Shown here one piece after another: positions 1 to 17,452 of a stretch of 64,000 nucleotides of DNA. The stretch lies in NCBI RefSeq assembly GCF_009914755.1, contig NC_060925.1. One strand, 5' to 3'. This DNA is from the human T2T-CHM13v2.0 reference genome, Homo sapiens. The first letter of the stretch is position 1; every line of letters begins with the position of its first letter. Below the pieces are notes generated by a model. It was not told where the DNA came from, searched no databases, and saw only the letters and a program-made list of their open reading frames with translations. A program made the position numbers and the translations under genes.

Positions 1-339
<339 letters not shown>

Positions 340-1555
340 TAACTAATTTTCTTGTGGGTGAGTTGTCAGGAGCATCTCAGTGAAGACCAGAGAGGAAAGA
401 TGGCACATAGTTCTTTCTTCATTTAATTAACCAAGTGGTATGAAACATTAACCAAGATTAACATACCTGTATTGGCATTATTAATACAATCCTCCTTACT
501 ATTGGCCCATTAGCAATAACAGGTAATATCTTATAGAGATAAATGACTATAAATATGAAAGTGCATTTGAGATGATATCAGAGTTTAGGGTGTAGTAAGG
601 ATTTTCATCCCTGCTCTGTTAACACCTTGATGTACAGACTTGAACAGGATACCCAATATTATGCCGAGGTTCTTCTCATTCTATCTCATGAGAAAGAGAG
701 TATCTAAGGGTTGATCTTTTCAGGGATGGAAATCTGCAAACTGAGTCATTCACAACACACTCTAATGGTTGGTTTTAAAGACATATTGTCAGAGTAGAGA
801 TGTCAGGGGCGCAGGTAGGCTGGCCAGCTAGACAGATTTTCACAGTGAAGCAGTAGTTTGATGGAGTTTCCATACCCTGGGACATGGGCCTCTGGTTTGA
901 AGGCAAAGCATCTTGATTTCTTTTGCCATGTCTTCCAGACTTTATCAGGTTCTTCAGGTCTGGCTCATGTTAACTAAATTAACAACAATAACAGCAAACA
1001 CCTGATTTTATTAAAAGAAACAAGTTATTAATTTCCAGAGAATATGTCCTTTCAACATTCAGGTATTTGTTTCTGCCATTCAGGGATCCCAGTTTCTAGA
1101 ATTAAGTTACCAGCAAGAACATATTTATAAATAGAATACTGCTTGGAGATTGTGGAATCAGAGCAAAGATAATTGGATTAGTTTAAATGATACTTCAGTG
1201 ATGCCGTGGTAAATCCTGGTGAATTTTCCCTGCTTCTCAATAGGGCATAGTTTTTCTGTGACTCTTCCTCTAGATTCAGCATCTTTTTTTCTGATTCGGA
1301 GCGAGGTAAACTCTGTCAAAAACTTGGACTTCTTGTTTCCATGAATTCTGCATCTCATGCAGATTGTAGCCCTTCTGCCAACACATTCTTTTATTAGACC
1401 ATAGGTGACTTTAACAGTCAATCATATTTTCCTGTAGCTAAGTAATGTTGATTGAACTTGGGGGTTCTAAATATCTCTCAGTCACATAGTTTTAGGCCAT
1501 ATTTTAAGGTGGGTTTCTTCCACAGATGGCCAATTTCATGATAATAATAACTGCT

Positions 1556-1883
1556 GGCCAGGCATGCTGGCTCATGTCTGTAATCCCAGTACTTTGGGAG
1601 GCTGAGGCTGAAGAATTGCTTGGGGCCAGAAGTTTGAGAACAGCCTGGGCAACACAGTGAGACCTTGACTCCACCAAAAATAAAAATAAAAATAAATAAA
1701 TAAATAAATTAGCAGGGCATGGTGGCATGCACCTGTAGTCCTAGCTACTCAGGAGGCTGAAGTGGAAGGAGGATGGATCTCTTGAGCTCAGGAGGTTGAG
1801 GCTGCAGTGAGTTATGATCACTCCACTACACTCCAGCCTGGGCAACAGAGCAAGGCTCTGTCTCTAAATAATAATAATAATAA
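1556..1883 (+). mobile_element. AluJ with (TAA)n tail
   Basis: ggccaggcatgctggctcatgtctgtaatcccag start; J-type gaggctgcagtgag; flanking repeat aataataactgc. Confidence 0.93.
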
Positions 1884-1899
1884 CTGCCATTTTTTTAGC

Positions 1900-2400
<501 letters not shown>

Positions 2401-2629
2401 TACTTTTACTTTCAGGGAATAACTAATATCTAAGTTTTCAGAGAACTCTATTTTCCCCTTATATCCTGATTATAGTACAAAATCTATATTTTGGTATAAA
2501 AAACATGTAATGCACAGTCTTTGTATCAATATGACAGAAGTTCTGTATGTCTAACATTTAACAGATATTATTGAACATGCTTGACAAGCATATTTTCCTG
2601 AACTATTAGGGAAAATTGTTTGAAGTTGA

Positions 2630-2770
2630 TAGTACTATTATTAACAACATACAGTTGAGAAGATTGAGTCAGAGAAAAGTTAAATAACTTCTCATAGTGA
2701 CACAAGTCATGACTCAAACTTATTCTGTCTGCCTAGATTTGGACTCTTACTTAGTATACTATACTGCCTC
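2630..2770. mobile_element. MIR fragment
   Basis: cagttgagaagattgagtcagagaaaagttaaataactt resembles the MIR core. Confidence 0.55.
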
Positions 2771-2839
2771 TTCGGTTAACAGAAACTTTAGATCTGAAGG
2801 TCCAAAAATCGTATTGCCTGCCTTGTGTTTACATAGAAG

Positions 2840-3640
2840 TTTCGTTTAATAAAATCAGTATGTACTTCAAGCCAGACTCAGTGCCATGATGCAATAATAA
2901 ATAAGTCTTTTCTTTTAAAAATGTTGTGGACATGTAAGTGACATAACCATAACACAAAGTGATAAGCAAGGAGCTATATGGTGCCAGGAGAATACAGATA
3001 AGCAGGAAATTAATTCTGCCTCAGGGATGGGAATGAGAGGGCACTACACAGAGGAAATGAGAAGTGATGAGTAAGGTGAGTCCTAAAGTATAAGTAGGAC
3101 ACAAGCAAAGGAAAGGGGATGGGAAAGAGAAATATCATATTAGGCAGCAGCAAGAGGCCTGGAGGCAAGAAAATACAGGGCTTGTTACAGAAGGAATTGA
3201 GGGATGTTGCTGGAGCAACCAGAAGGTGCTACTGCGGGCCTGGAAAATAAGGCCAGGCAGTCAGACTGGGACCAGATTTTGAAGAACCTTTTGTGCCTGG
3301 AATTTGGATGTTGCTGGCAATGGAGATCCATGGAGAGTTTTGAGCACCATGGTAACATGATTAGCTCAGATGTGTATGCAGACTGGGAGTTGAAGTGAAG
3401 CAAAGACTGTGATTTAGAAGAGCAGTTTATAATAATACAGGAAAGAATAAAGGATGAGGGTCTAGTCTAGAAAGTAAACAATGGATATGAAGATTGCTAA
3501 AGCAGAATCTAAAGGAAATAAATGGTGGCTGATTAGATGGAACCAGGGAGCCAAGGACGACCTTGTGATTTCCAACTTGGGCAATAGAATGAATGTTGAT
3601 TTTCTTAACCAATATTGGCAATTTAAGATGAGGAGCATTT
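2840..3640 (-). mobile_element. L2 (LINE2) 3' fragment
   Basis: Purine-rich degenerate L2 pattern (ggcaatggagatccatggagagttttgagc, gggagccaaggacgaccttg). Confidence 0.6.
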
Positions 3641-4882
3641 TGGTAATGGTGTCTAGTTATTGTTGCTTTTTTTTGACATATTTTATTATCAAATATCTCT
3701 TAAAAATTTCTAAGTTGTTAATGTAAGTTCTAATTTGTAGGGTCTAACTTTTTCCCCAATATAACATTTTCTTTTTAATCAAAATACTTCTAGAAACTGA
3801 TAATTCAATTGATCAGACTTTTATTGAGTATCTACCATCTATTTAACTGCAACAGCTATTCAATCTTTAGAAGAAACAAAGGCAATTGTCATAGCTGAGA
3901 ATCCTTAGCTGTTCTCTGGCCAACTTGTGATTTTAAAGTAATATTACAATACTTACTCAATGTCTACTTACTAAATACAAAGTCCCTCCTGTGTTCTTTG
4001 GACTGCACAACTGGTATTTCTCATAATGTCAACTACTTGAAGAAGACTAATTAATTCTTCTTTAGACTACTCATTTTTATGTTCAGAGGATTTTCTTTTC
4101 AAACTTACCTAAGAATTTAGCTCCAGTAATTTATTTTTCCCATAGTTATTGGAGTAATCCTGGTTTTGCAAACTAGGGTCAACATATAACAAAAACTGGA
4201 CTTTAGAGACTAGAGGAAAAATTCTGACAATGAGAAAAAGGCACTTCCTTTAATCCTCTACTTTCTGATTTTTGAACTATTTATGGATACTCTGATCTAA
4301 GGAAACATTTATTGCAAACATGCAGACTGTATTGATTCAGGAGCCAAACAAAGCAGCATTTGGTGAATAAGATATCTTGTTAACAAGATATCACAGTTCT
4401 GTCAAGTGAGCCCAGGCACAGGATTTGAAGATGGAAAAGACTATGTTTGGATGATACAATTTAGGATCATTGCTGATTTATTAAAAAGGGTCCTTTCATG
4501 TTCCACAGGTGGAAGAAAGCTAAAGCACAGGCTTCTTGTTTGTGCTGGGTGGCTGCTAACATATGCCATCAGAGCAGGTGGACTGGCAGGATCAGAGACA
4601 GACCAGGGGAAGGCAGTGGCAGGCCAGTGTGCCCTTCCCTCCCCAGGAATTTGAAAAATTTTACTTTGATGACCTCTAACTATGACTATAGTCCTTGTCT
4701 CTTCCAAATGTGGGGATACTTTTTTAGCTTCTGTGTGTGTGCGTGTGTGGGATAAGGGTCAGTAGTCATTCTTTCTTTTCTGACCTATATGGTAAACAGA
4801 ACAACAGTGATATTTATTGCATTCTTGGACTGACAATCCATGAGGTTCAGAGAAAAAAAGCTAAGGTCTTAGAACATTTTTG

Positions 4883-5835
4883 AAAAGTTTTATTGACATA
4901 TAGTTAATATATCATATAGTTCATTCACTTAAAGTATACAATTTAATGGCTTGTAGTATACTGACAGATATGTACAACCATTACCACCTTCAATTTTAGA
5001 ACACTTTGACCACATCAAAATACAATATGTATCCTTTAGCTATCAGCACCTTGTTCTGTCTACTCCCATCTCCCAGTCCCTAAGCAACCACTATTCTACT
5101 TTCTGACTCTATAAATGTGTCTATTCTGGACATTTCATATAAATGGCATCATATAATATGTAGTCTTTTGTAACTGGCTTATTTCACTTAATACATTTTC
5201 AAGGTTGAGCTGTGTTGTGGCATGTATCAGTATTTAATTCCTTTTTATAGCTGATTATTATTACATTGTATGATTCTGCCACATTTTGTTTAGCCATTCA
5301 CCAGGTAACACACAATTGGGTGGTTTCAACTTTTTGCCTGATACAAATAATGCTACTATCACATTTGTGAACAAATTTCTGTGTGGACATTTGTTTTTCA
5401 TTTCTCTAGGGTGTATACCTAGGAGTGGAATTGCTGGATCATATCTTTCTTTAACTATTTGAGAAAATGCCAAAGTTTTCCAAAGCAGCTGCAATATTTT
5501 ACATTTCCACTAACAATTTATAAGCATTCCAATTTCTCCACATTCTCTGCAGCACTTGCTCTAATCTGACTTTTGGATTATAGCCATTCTAGTGGATATG
5601 AAGAAGTTATCTTATTGAGGTTTTGATTTGTATTTCCCTAATTACTAATGATAACAAGCATCATTTCATGTGCTTATTATTTGTGTATCTTCTTTGGAAA
5701 AATAGCTTTACCCATTTTTAATTTGGGTCAGTTGTCTTGAGTGACAAAGATTCTTTATGCATTTTAGATATAAGTCCCTTATTAGACATGTGATTTGCAA
5801 ATTTTTTTTTCCATTCGTGGATTGTCTTTTCACTT
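4883..5835 (-). mobile_element. L1M (L1MB-like) 3' end
   Basis: Antisense L1 3'UTR/ORF2 end; ORF 5261-5494 gives YDPAIPLLGIHPREMK, typical of the L1 ORF2 C-terminus. Confidence 0.88.
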
Positions 5836-7109
5836 CTATAGAACACAGTTTGGAAAATGATGAATTAGAGCCTAATGTTAGCCCTCATTTGTTTAAAGTC
5901 CAAAATGTGGGGAACAGGTAACACATGATAATTTATAAGAGGGCAGAATCTGTTAGTGGTATAATCAAGGAATATATCACATAATAAACATGTCATAATT
6001 GGAAGGGCCCTTGGTGTGAAAACTTGGACTACTGGGACCTCAGTGGCAGGCAGATGAAGAGAAGAAGCCAGAGCCAGGATGAATTAGTGCCAAGGGAAGT
6101 GATCAGACTAGATAACTGGTTTAGTCCTTCAGTAATGTGTCTCAGACATCAAAGGAGTCTTGGTCCAAAATAGCATGTGTGTTCATTTGGCCTTATCTGA
6201 AGGAAGAGGTATAGGAACACAACTTTCTGTCAGAGTTGACACTTGAAGTCAAGAGAGTGGCAACAACATGGTTCCTAATGTTGTATCTTGAAACTTGATC
6301 TAAGACATGCCTGAAGCTGGCCTCAGGACCTCCCTGGCTCCTGTTACTGCATTAGCTGTTGTGTCTTTCATTGGGAAAGCACAACTCTATGTACCTTCTT
6401 TCCATGCTCTGTTTCTTGCCTCATGGACTGATCCTGGTGTTCTGTCCCTGCTTCTGCAGGATCATATTTTCTGTCCCTTCCATGTCAGTATCTGTATCCT
6501 GCTGATGCGTTATGGCAGCTGTGAGATAAGCAAGAAATACAAGAGTATTTTGTGGATCCAAATCTGCACTTTGAGTTCCCTCAGATCAAATTAAGGTACA
6601 TGGGAATTCATTAATTAGGCAATTTATTTTTTATCTCTTATAGTGGAGGTGAATGTTGGTCCTTATCCAAGCAGAGTACAACTGACTTTAGGTCAGCGAT
6701 ACTTAACTAATTAGAATTTAATTTACATTAATTGATTAAATTAAATTTTCTTAATTTAATCATAAGTTATTTTAATTTCTCCCTAATGAGAAGAATTAAT
6801 TACTAAAGAGTAAGAATTTTGTCAAATAGGATTAAGCTTTGGAAGACTGCAAACCACTATAAAACACACATATTTTTCTGATACCCCCTCACCACCAGGA
6901 ATAGATTTTTGCTCCGTTTGGATGACATCTCCCCAGTTGAGAATGCATACTTTATGTCTTGATGTGTAACATCTGACTTGGTCTCTTGACTTAGAAAGAT
7001 ATCAGGTCATGAAATCACTTTAGGGATTGACACTGGCATTTAAATTTGTCACAGAGCAGCCCCGAAGTGACACAATTTCCAACCTTCTGGCAGACTTCTC
7101 CAGGAATGG

Positions 7110-7400
7110 ATCTGGTAATTCATTCAATTAATCAATACACACTTACTTTCAATAAGCACCTATCATTACTGCACCATGTAGGTTGTACTACCTACACCAT
7201 GTACATGCACCATGTAGGTAGTGAGAATACAAAGATGAATAAGATAATACAGTTTACTGGGGAAGATACATGTGAAAGCTAGCACTTAAAATATAACCTT
7301 CCCAGTTCAATGTTAAAGTTATTATGGGAACATTGAATAGGGATGCCTACTAGCAGGCGAGTGGGAGAGTTGTTAAGGAAGGCTTCCTGGAGAAGGTGAC
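7110..7400 (-). mobile_element. L2 3' end fragment
   Basis: ttcattcaattaatcaatac ... aaggaaggcttcctggagaaggtgac. Confidence 0.6.
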
Positions 7401-8140
7401 ACCATCAACAACATCAGAAAGACTTCATGGACTACTTGTCCAGAATCAGACCGAGAAGCTCACCTCATCTGGACCCACTCCTGAGATTAGGAAGGGGAAA
7501 TGTCAGGTTTGCAGGGCAAGAAGTGGGAAGCATGCTGCTCCCAGTATATTTTACTGTTAGCTGAATAGTGCAATGTATGAATGTATTGTATATAATGTTC
7601 ATATATAATGTGTGTGTATATAGATGGAGTAGTGAATATACATATATATTCTCTACTCTTCTCCTTTCCTATCGTCCTGTCCGCAGCCCCACTTCAACTA
7701 ATAGTAAGAATATTAACTATCTGGTGGTTGGTTTTCTTTTTTTAAATTTTTGCCACTACAAACTATGTTGCAACAAATTCCCTTTTACATTGCTTTTTTC
7801 TTCAAAAAATGTTACTTTTCTGATTACAAAATAATCGATGTTTATTATAGAAACATTGGAAAACTTTAAAAAAAGGATAATGAAGAAAATAACAAAGAAG
7901 AAAACAAATCAACCACAGCCTACCCTCCAGAAATAGACCCTTTCCATGTTTAGGTGGCTATTTCAGTTTTTCTCTATACAAATACATGTGTGTACTTGCA
8001 TGCATACACACATTCTTTTTTTTATTAATATGACATTGGGACCATGCCATGTGTGCTGCTTTGAAATATTTTTATCTCAGTTGATGTATTGTCAGTATCT
8101 GCCATATCACTAAAGAATCCTCTGTATTTAAAAATTCTTA

Positions 8141-8450
<310 letters not shown>

Positions 8451-8927
8451 TTAAATCCATAATTTTTTTCCCTCTTATTATGAAAATTATACATACTTAT
8501 TATGTAGGTCTATCTATATGGGTGTGTGTGTAAGATACAGATTGTCTTTGTGTATATATATGTACTAATTTTAGGTTAGATTTCCAATTTAAAATATTTA
8601 GTATAATTAATTTTGCATATAGGTAAAAGAAGTGAGGTCACATGGCAATACTACTCAGTAAATTGCATTTTTTATTAGATGATACATCTTGTACAAGTCA
8701 GTTTATACAGACCTATTTTTAAATGGCTGCCCGGTAGTACATTATTTATTAATCCATTTCTTTTCCATTGATTATCAATTAGTAATTAGCCATCAATGGA
8801 CGGACATTTTAATTATTAACAAATTTTTTTTCCTTATAAAGAGTGCCAAATGAATAACTGATTAAACATCTTTTGGCATTAATGACAGCATTTGAATTGG
8901 AGTAATCCTTAGAAGTTTCTTGTTTGA

Positions 8928-9142
8928 TTTTTTTTTTTTTTTTGATACAGAGTCTCACTCTGTCACCCAGGCTGAAGCGCAGTGGCATGATCACTGCAGC
9001 CTTGAACTCCTGGGCTCAAGAGATCCTCCTGCCTCAACTTCCTGAGTAGTAGGACTATAGCTGTGTGCCATCACACGTGGATAATTATTTTTTACTTTAA
9101 AAATTTTTGTAGAGATGAGGTCTCACTATGTTGCCCAAGCTG
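8928..9142 (-). mobile_element. AluJ, 5'-truncated
   Basis: Poly-T, then antisense right arm, linker and part of the left arm. Confidence 0.9.
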
Positions 9143-11639
9143 ATGTATAATTTTTAGGATGTTTGTTTTCTTGTAGATTAAAACTTCATCTTACTTATGT
9201 TTGTTGTAACATGTCACAAAGTGCCTGGCACATAGTAAGTGCTCAAACCATGCTGTGAGCATTTTCTAAAGAATAAATATAGAAGCTTAGAATTTTTTGA
9301 ATTAAATCTTCCTTATTTAAGGTTTCTTTCCTTCCCCCTCTTGTTTCACTTTACTTAAATATTTCAATATTAAGAAGAAAAAAGTAGGAGATAGGGAAAC
9401 CACAAAAATGAATGTTTATTCCTTATAGTTTCCATGCCTCACAGAAAATAATACAATCATGATTTTTATTAAATATTTCTCAAAAATCATCAAAGCGAAC
9501 CATGTGTTAGATTGATTTTTAGGGATCTAAATTGACTAAGTATAATTAATAAACATTATCTCATTTTTGGCGAATCATAATAAAAATTTCAACTTTTAGT
9601 CATGTGTTGCCATAGATTATAATTATATGATTGTAATTATACACATAGTTCAAACCAAACTTTCCTTAGATGAGAGGTGTTTGACCCTCTAGCAATTGTA
9701 AAGTGCAGGCAGCTGCAGCAAAGACAGAGGCCAGTTTCATGGTTAGCAGTAAAAAAGGAGCATCAAAGTAACAGGGGAGCCTGGTACGATGCTATGCACC
9801 CTGTTGGCAGTCATTAAATTCCTGCTGACTACTGACTGTTATAATTTTTTAAGCCTATATGGGGAGATGGGGGCAAGAAAAAAAATGGTCCCAGGACAAA
9901 TGCTGTTAGAAGGGGCCATTTCTGATGAAACTTGAACCCAGAGAGAAGTTCCTCGACAGTATAAATGAGGGATTTCTAACCACGAGCCATTCTGCTCTGA
10001 CAATGCCTGGAATCACATCACCAGGAATAGCTAAGTTGTTAAGGAAGACCTAATGGAATTTGCTATTTATAAATTACACATTTGCTCAATGCTTTTTTCA
10101 AATTATTTAACCAACATGACATTGCCTCAGGGATTTGACCTAAATCATAGTCATAACTGCGTTTTCTTTTGGAGAAAGTTGGGACTCGTTTTCTCCTTTC
10201 ATAAGGTGTTGATGTCCTAAGAGGTCACCTTCAGTGTTACAGGTGACAAATTATAGCAAAAACATTTAAATACATTGTTTTGCATAATGTGGTGTAAAGA
10301 AAATGCTTTTTATAACACCACTAATGTATACTTTGTTGGCGTACAAATAAAACTCTTTGTAAGAATTTAATTAGAATGCATTATACTTATTTATTAAAGG
10401 TTTTCATAAAATGTTACTTTCATAATCAAGATCATAAAATGCACGTTTGAAGCATCCCTATGCAGGTTTAAGATGGGAATAATGAAAGGTGGCTTATAAA
10501 CTGGTGACATTTTCAGAAAAATATATCGCTATGCCAAAATATGCTAGTCAGAGCTCTTTGATGAATGGCTTTCATAATTATGATGACTGTGAAAGAGAAA
10601 AACTAGTGAAAACATCTACTCTCTTTTGGTTAAAAAAAAATTAACTTCTTTTTCCCCAGTAAAAGTAGAGACACTTTAGATTTTAGGACCCTCTTGGCTC
10701 CTAAACCTAAGTGCTGCTTGAAAAATGGCCCTTTCAGCTTTTAGCCAGCAGCCACAGTTTAAATCCACAAGAGAGATGCCTAACAACTCTGCTTTAAATG
10801 GCAGTCTGCCATTTCGGAAAACTGTAGCTTTTTGAAAAAAGAAAAAAAAAACTAGTAAGCCATGTAATTCACCCCCTTGGAACTGGATGTAAGTTAAGGA
10901 AAAAATAAGTAGGGTGAGCAAAAAAATCCTAATTCTTATCTTAAAACTCTTTTAATACTTGGTATAAATGGAGTCTACAGTCACAGCATCCAGAGTTGTA
11001 GGTCAAATACAACAATTTTTAGGAACCTAGTTTCTGTTAAAGTGAAGAAATGTAGGTACCATTCTTCCACTTATATCTGGACATATTGAGAGTTGGCGGA
11101 CAAATAAGAAATGGGCTACCCCAAAATGGTATAATTTGTAAACTATGGGAAAAAATGTTTAATACTGAATACCAAGTTTTTCCTACCTTACTTGTGCTGC
11201 ATATTTATCTGGTCTTTTGTATAGATATGTTTATTCATATCTCATTGTCAGGAAAAGGCTCCTAAATGTAAAAGCACTCTTATGACCAGATCAGCATTCA
11301 CAAAGGAAAAGAGTAAGCTCATTTAAGACTTGATTTCAAGACTAAGTATGTGATTGCCAAAGTCACATAATAAAATGTGATCAGAGACTCTGCAGATGAA
11401 AGATATTCCAAATTCAAATGCCCTTAAGAAACATAATAATTTTTGCAAGCGTATCCACTTCTTAGAATGTCAACATCCAACATGTGTTTATTGAGCACTT
11501 ACACTGTGCGATCGTCTGCTTAGGCACTGGTGATACGAGACTGAGCAAAACCAAACACTTTCTCTGTTTTCAAAAAGTTTAAGTTGTAGCGTTAAGTACG
11601 CTAACAGATTTTGGTTTCCAAATTCCACTGCCTTCTTAA

Positions 11640-12485
11640 AGGAATCGGGGCTCCTTTGAGAGATGGCTGATTGGATCCTGAGGGCAGGGAAAGTAGAAGG
11701 TAAAACTGGAACATTTTGTTGTATCAGAAAGCAAAAAAGTATACAAAGAATGATGGCTATATGTTGAAAGGACACAGGAACTGCCTTGAAGAGGATCTAA
11801 CAAGACACAGGATGATTTGAGCACCCACCCCCCAATAAAGAAGGGTAATGTATTAAGACTATGATTAAAAAAATAATGTGTGGGTACTTCAAAAAACAGA
11901 TGGATGGTAAGAGAGCTTCTGTACAGAATAATGCCAGTTTATAAATGTAAAAAAAGTATAGAATTTAAAAAATTGCTATTCTTCAATCCCATATATAATA
12001 ATTGATTCAGGCAAGGATTATCAATGGATATTAAACCCATTAAGTAAGTTTCTGATGGAACAGGATATTCACATAATTTCAGGGCATTATCCCCAGACTA
12101 TGATTAAATACAAAGAAGGAAAAGTTTCCTTTTACAATGGATAAATCTGGCAGACATCATGTTAAAGAAGAGATCAAATCTATGATCACAAATGATTGGG
12201 TAAAGTCACATTATGCAGGTACTGATGCACTATAATAGAAAGTGCATGCCATCACCCATGTAATATTTTTTCAAGGAATGTTTAACCTGAGTATAATCCT
12301 GAGGTAAGAAAAAGCAATTCAGATTATGAAACATTCTACATCAGCAAGACAATTAGCTGGATTCTTCAAAAATACCAATGTTATGAAAGACAATAAAAGA
12401 CAGGGGGAGTTTCCTAGGTGGGAGGAGACTAAAAAGAGACATGATGGCTAAAAGTCATGTCCTTGATTGGATTCTGGATACCAAA

Positions 12486-12538
<53 letters not shown>

Positions 12539-12925
12539 CATAACATAGCTAGAAAGAACATTTTGATGACAGATGGGGGAATTTGAATGTGGACTTACGT
12601 TTGAAAATGTTATTGTGTAATATTACATTTACTGAGTGTGATAATCATATTGTGGTTTTGAAGGAGAATGTCCTTGTTCTTAGGAAACACGTATGAGGAA
12701 CTTAGGGTAAAAAATCGTGATTACAACGTACTTTCAAATGGTTGAGAAACAAGTTGAAATACACACATACACATATATTTACATACACACACAAATATTT
12801 GAGACATATATAAAGCAAAAATATCAAAATGTTGAAAATTAGTAAATCTAAGTAAACGGTATATGAGTGTTCATTGTACTATATTAGTATTTTTGTAGGT
12901 TTGAAGATTTTCAAAATAAAACATT
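11640..12925 (+). mobile_element. Old L1 (L1MC/L1ME-like) 3' UTR
   Basis: Typical 3'UTR phrases (ggataaatctggcagacatcatgttaa; aggagaatgtccttgttcttagg; ttcattgtactat ... ttttcaaaataaaa). Confidence 0.7.
12488..12536 (+). repeat. (CA)24 microsatellite
   Basis: Perfect CA run. Confidence 0.98.
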
Positions 12926-13382
12926 GGGTACATAAAAAAGAAGTTAAGTCTAATGAGAGCTTCATTAAAACAAAGTCATTCCTTTCCTTGTAAACGGACA
13001 TGAAAACTGGCCTAGATCACAGTGTGAATGGGATTGATCCATCTTCCCTCCTGAACCTTACCATATATAGAGTTTTTACGCATTGTACAAAAATACAAAA
13101 TTTTGTCCAGCAAAATTAGAATCATTTAGCCAAAAATAATTGTAGGCATATTATCTGTTCTAGTCTCACAATCAAAGGCAGATGGTTGAAAAACATGTTA
13201 CGACTGGTAATTTTTGACCTTCCTTTTATGGTCCTCAAGGGTTGATTCATTAATTCATCTGTTCACTCAGTCAATGAGCACCATAGGCCAAAGCCTTGTG
13301 CTAGGCAACAGGGAGACACAGGAGGCCAAGACAGGAGCCTGGCTATCTGGGAGCCCCTCTTCAGGGAAAGTTAGAATAATAA

Positions 13383-13782
<400 letters not shown>

Positions 13783-14234
13783 TGAAGAAGTGTTCAGAAT
13801 TTGAAGCATCAGACTGCCAGGGCTCTATAACTAGAAAAGCATGTAGAAACATGACACTTTTTTGAAATTGGCAGGTGCTAACCTGTGTTGTCTGCTAAGA
13901 TGAACATGTGACTTGGAATTGACTATGTAGAAATGTTTGTTTTGCTCTGTAGAAATGTTTATGAAAAAATGACTCAGCTCTTTGAACAGAAAGTGTCATC
14001 TGAAAACCAAGAGTAACTTCTTGGAAAAAGAATCTGTTTACTGGGAGATGGAAGCCAAGTTTTTCTAAAAATTTTAGCAACTGTACCCTGCATAGACATG
14101 ATCCCTTAAGAAGACAAGGATATTTCTAAACCAAGTGAATGGAATGAAAGATTGAGAAGACTGTGGCTGTAACAGCTGTCACATATTGATCAGATAGTTT
14201 ATATAACAATTCCAGTTGGCTAAGTTGGTGTTCA

Positions 14235-15000
14235 ATTAATCAATTCAATGAAAATTTATTGAACACCCATGAAATGTCAACAATGTTTTAGACACTTGGA
14301 ATGCAGAGATAAATAAGGCTAATTTCCCATTTTGGAAGAGAAAGAGTGGTGTAAGAAGAGGCAAGTGTCTGTATATTATCTATGTAGCTGGAGGATGGAA
14401 CACAGGAAGCAGTGTCAATGTAACTAGGAGTGTAGACAGAAGCTCAGCCATGGAGAGCCTCAGCAAGCTTATTGTGTCTGGACATCAGATGATGGGGGCA
14501 ACTAAAAATTCCAATACTCTTAAGTGTGGAAACAGAATGATCAGAGTTGCATTTGCCTGCTTTGGCAAAAATCACTGTAGATGGGAAGAAAGGTATATAT
14601 GAGACAGATGCTGAGAATGTGGAATCCAGAGGACTTAGCAATAGATCTGTTGTAAGGGATGAGGAGTCAAGAATGAATTCAAATTTGTAGCTTCAATGTC
14701 TGGGAGTCACTGAGAAAGGGAGTACAAAATGGAAACAGGTTTAAGTCAGAATATGATTTTACTGTGTTCAATTTTAGGGACAGTCTAAAATTTGAGGTTA
14801 GCCAATAGTTAGTTGGATATATAAACATTCAGGATTAGAGAGTAGTTTTAACTAGGAGGTGTGGATTCATGGGTCACTAAAATATTACTAGAGTTAAGAG
14901 CTGAAAGCCCGAGAGTAGATAAGATGACCTAATGAGTTACAGAGAGCCAGATATGAATAAAGGCAGAAAACGTGCCTTTAAAGGATGGTTGAAAGACCAA
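14235..15000 (-). mobile_element. L2 fragment
   Basis: caattcaatgaaaatttattgaacaccc ... gaggagtcaagaatgaattc ... agttggatatata. Confidence 0.6.
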
Positions 15001-15194
15001 GAGTCATCAGAGAAGACCCTGAAACAGAAGAGTCCCTGATCTGCTTACTTCACAGAAATCCAATTGAGAATCTTTACTGGTAGGACTGTTCTAGGGTCCC
15101 CTGTGCAGTCCAAAGTCAGATGGCCAACAGAGGCTCTCCACTGCAGCACCATCCTACAGCTACATGGTATGTTTCCATTCAGACTGATACCTTA

Positions 15195-15415
15195 GAAAGA
15201 GCACTGGAATTAGCAAACCCGGGATTGAGTCCCAATTCTTACATTTGCTATACGACCTTGGTTATGCCACTTAACTTCTGAGCCCCGGGTTTTCATTTAT
15301 TAAATGGAGAATGGGGTAGTGTATAGTGATTATTATTTCTATTTCATGGGCACGGTGACAGGTGGATAACATATTTGATAATAATTTGTAAGCTGCAAAG
15401 TGCATTAGTAATGAA
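15195..15415. mobile_element. MIR
   Basis: agagcactggaattag ... gaccttggttatgccacttaacttctgagccccgggttttcatttattaaatgg. Confidence 0.75.
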
Positions 15416-15554
15416 GAGCCTATATTACCATTGGCCTCACTGGAGTTTTACAGCATACCTTGGCCTACATTTGTGGATTGGAATTGAAACAGAATGGGGC
15501 AAAATAGGGTCAGAGTGGGCACAGGGGCTTGCTTAATCTTTAGTCTGTCTTTTC

Positions 15555-16975
<1,421 letters not shown>

Positions 16976-17227
16976 AAATGGTGTTGGGAAAACTGAGTAA
17001 CCACATGCAGAAGAATAAAATTGAACCCTATCTCACACCATATTAAAAACATTCAAAATGGATTAAAAGCTTAAATGTAAGACCTGAAACTGTAAAACTA
17101 TGAGAAGAAAACACAGGGAAAAAGCTCCATGACACTAGTCTGGGAAATGATTTTTTGGATATGATCTCAAAAGCCAAGGTAACAAAAGAAAAATCAACAA
17201 AGGGACTGCATGAAATTAAAAAGCTTC
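16976..17227 (+). mobile_element. L1 ORF2 segment, inverted 5' part of the same L1MA
   Basis: aaatggtgttgggaaaactg ... gacctgaaactgtaaaacta ... aaattaaaaagcttc is sense L1 ORF2. Confidence 0.88.
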
Positions 17228-17452
17228 AGTCTTCTTTTCTCCTTTAGTCCCTTCCTGTTCCTTTTGTTGGATATTTTCCTTAAAAATATGTTAATTGATA
17301 TTTAGTAATAGTATATATTTTGAGGGTACATGAGAAAGATTTAGTCTTCCTTAAGTGAGGACATTCTTGGACAATTGCAAAGCAGGTATATTTTATTTCT
17401 TTGCTTGGCTGCTAAGCAATTAATTTCATTCAAGTAAGGGCATCAAGCTGCT

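Noticed and set aside
742-748. AP-1 sites (TGAGTCA/TGACTCA) here and at several other positions
   Set aside because: About the number expected by chance in 64 kb.
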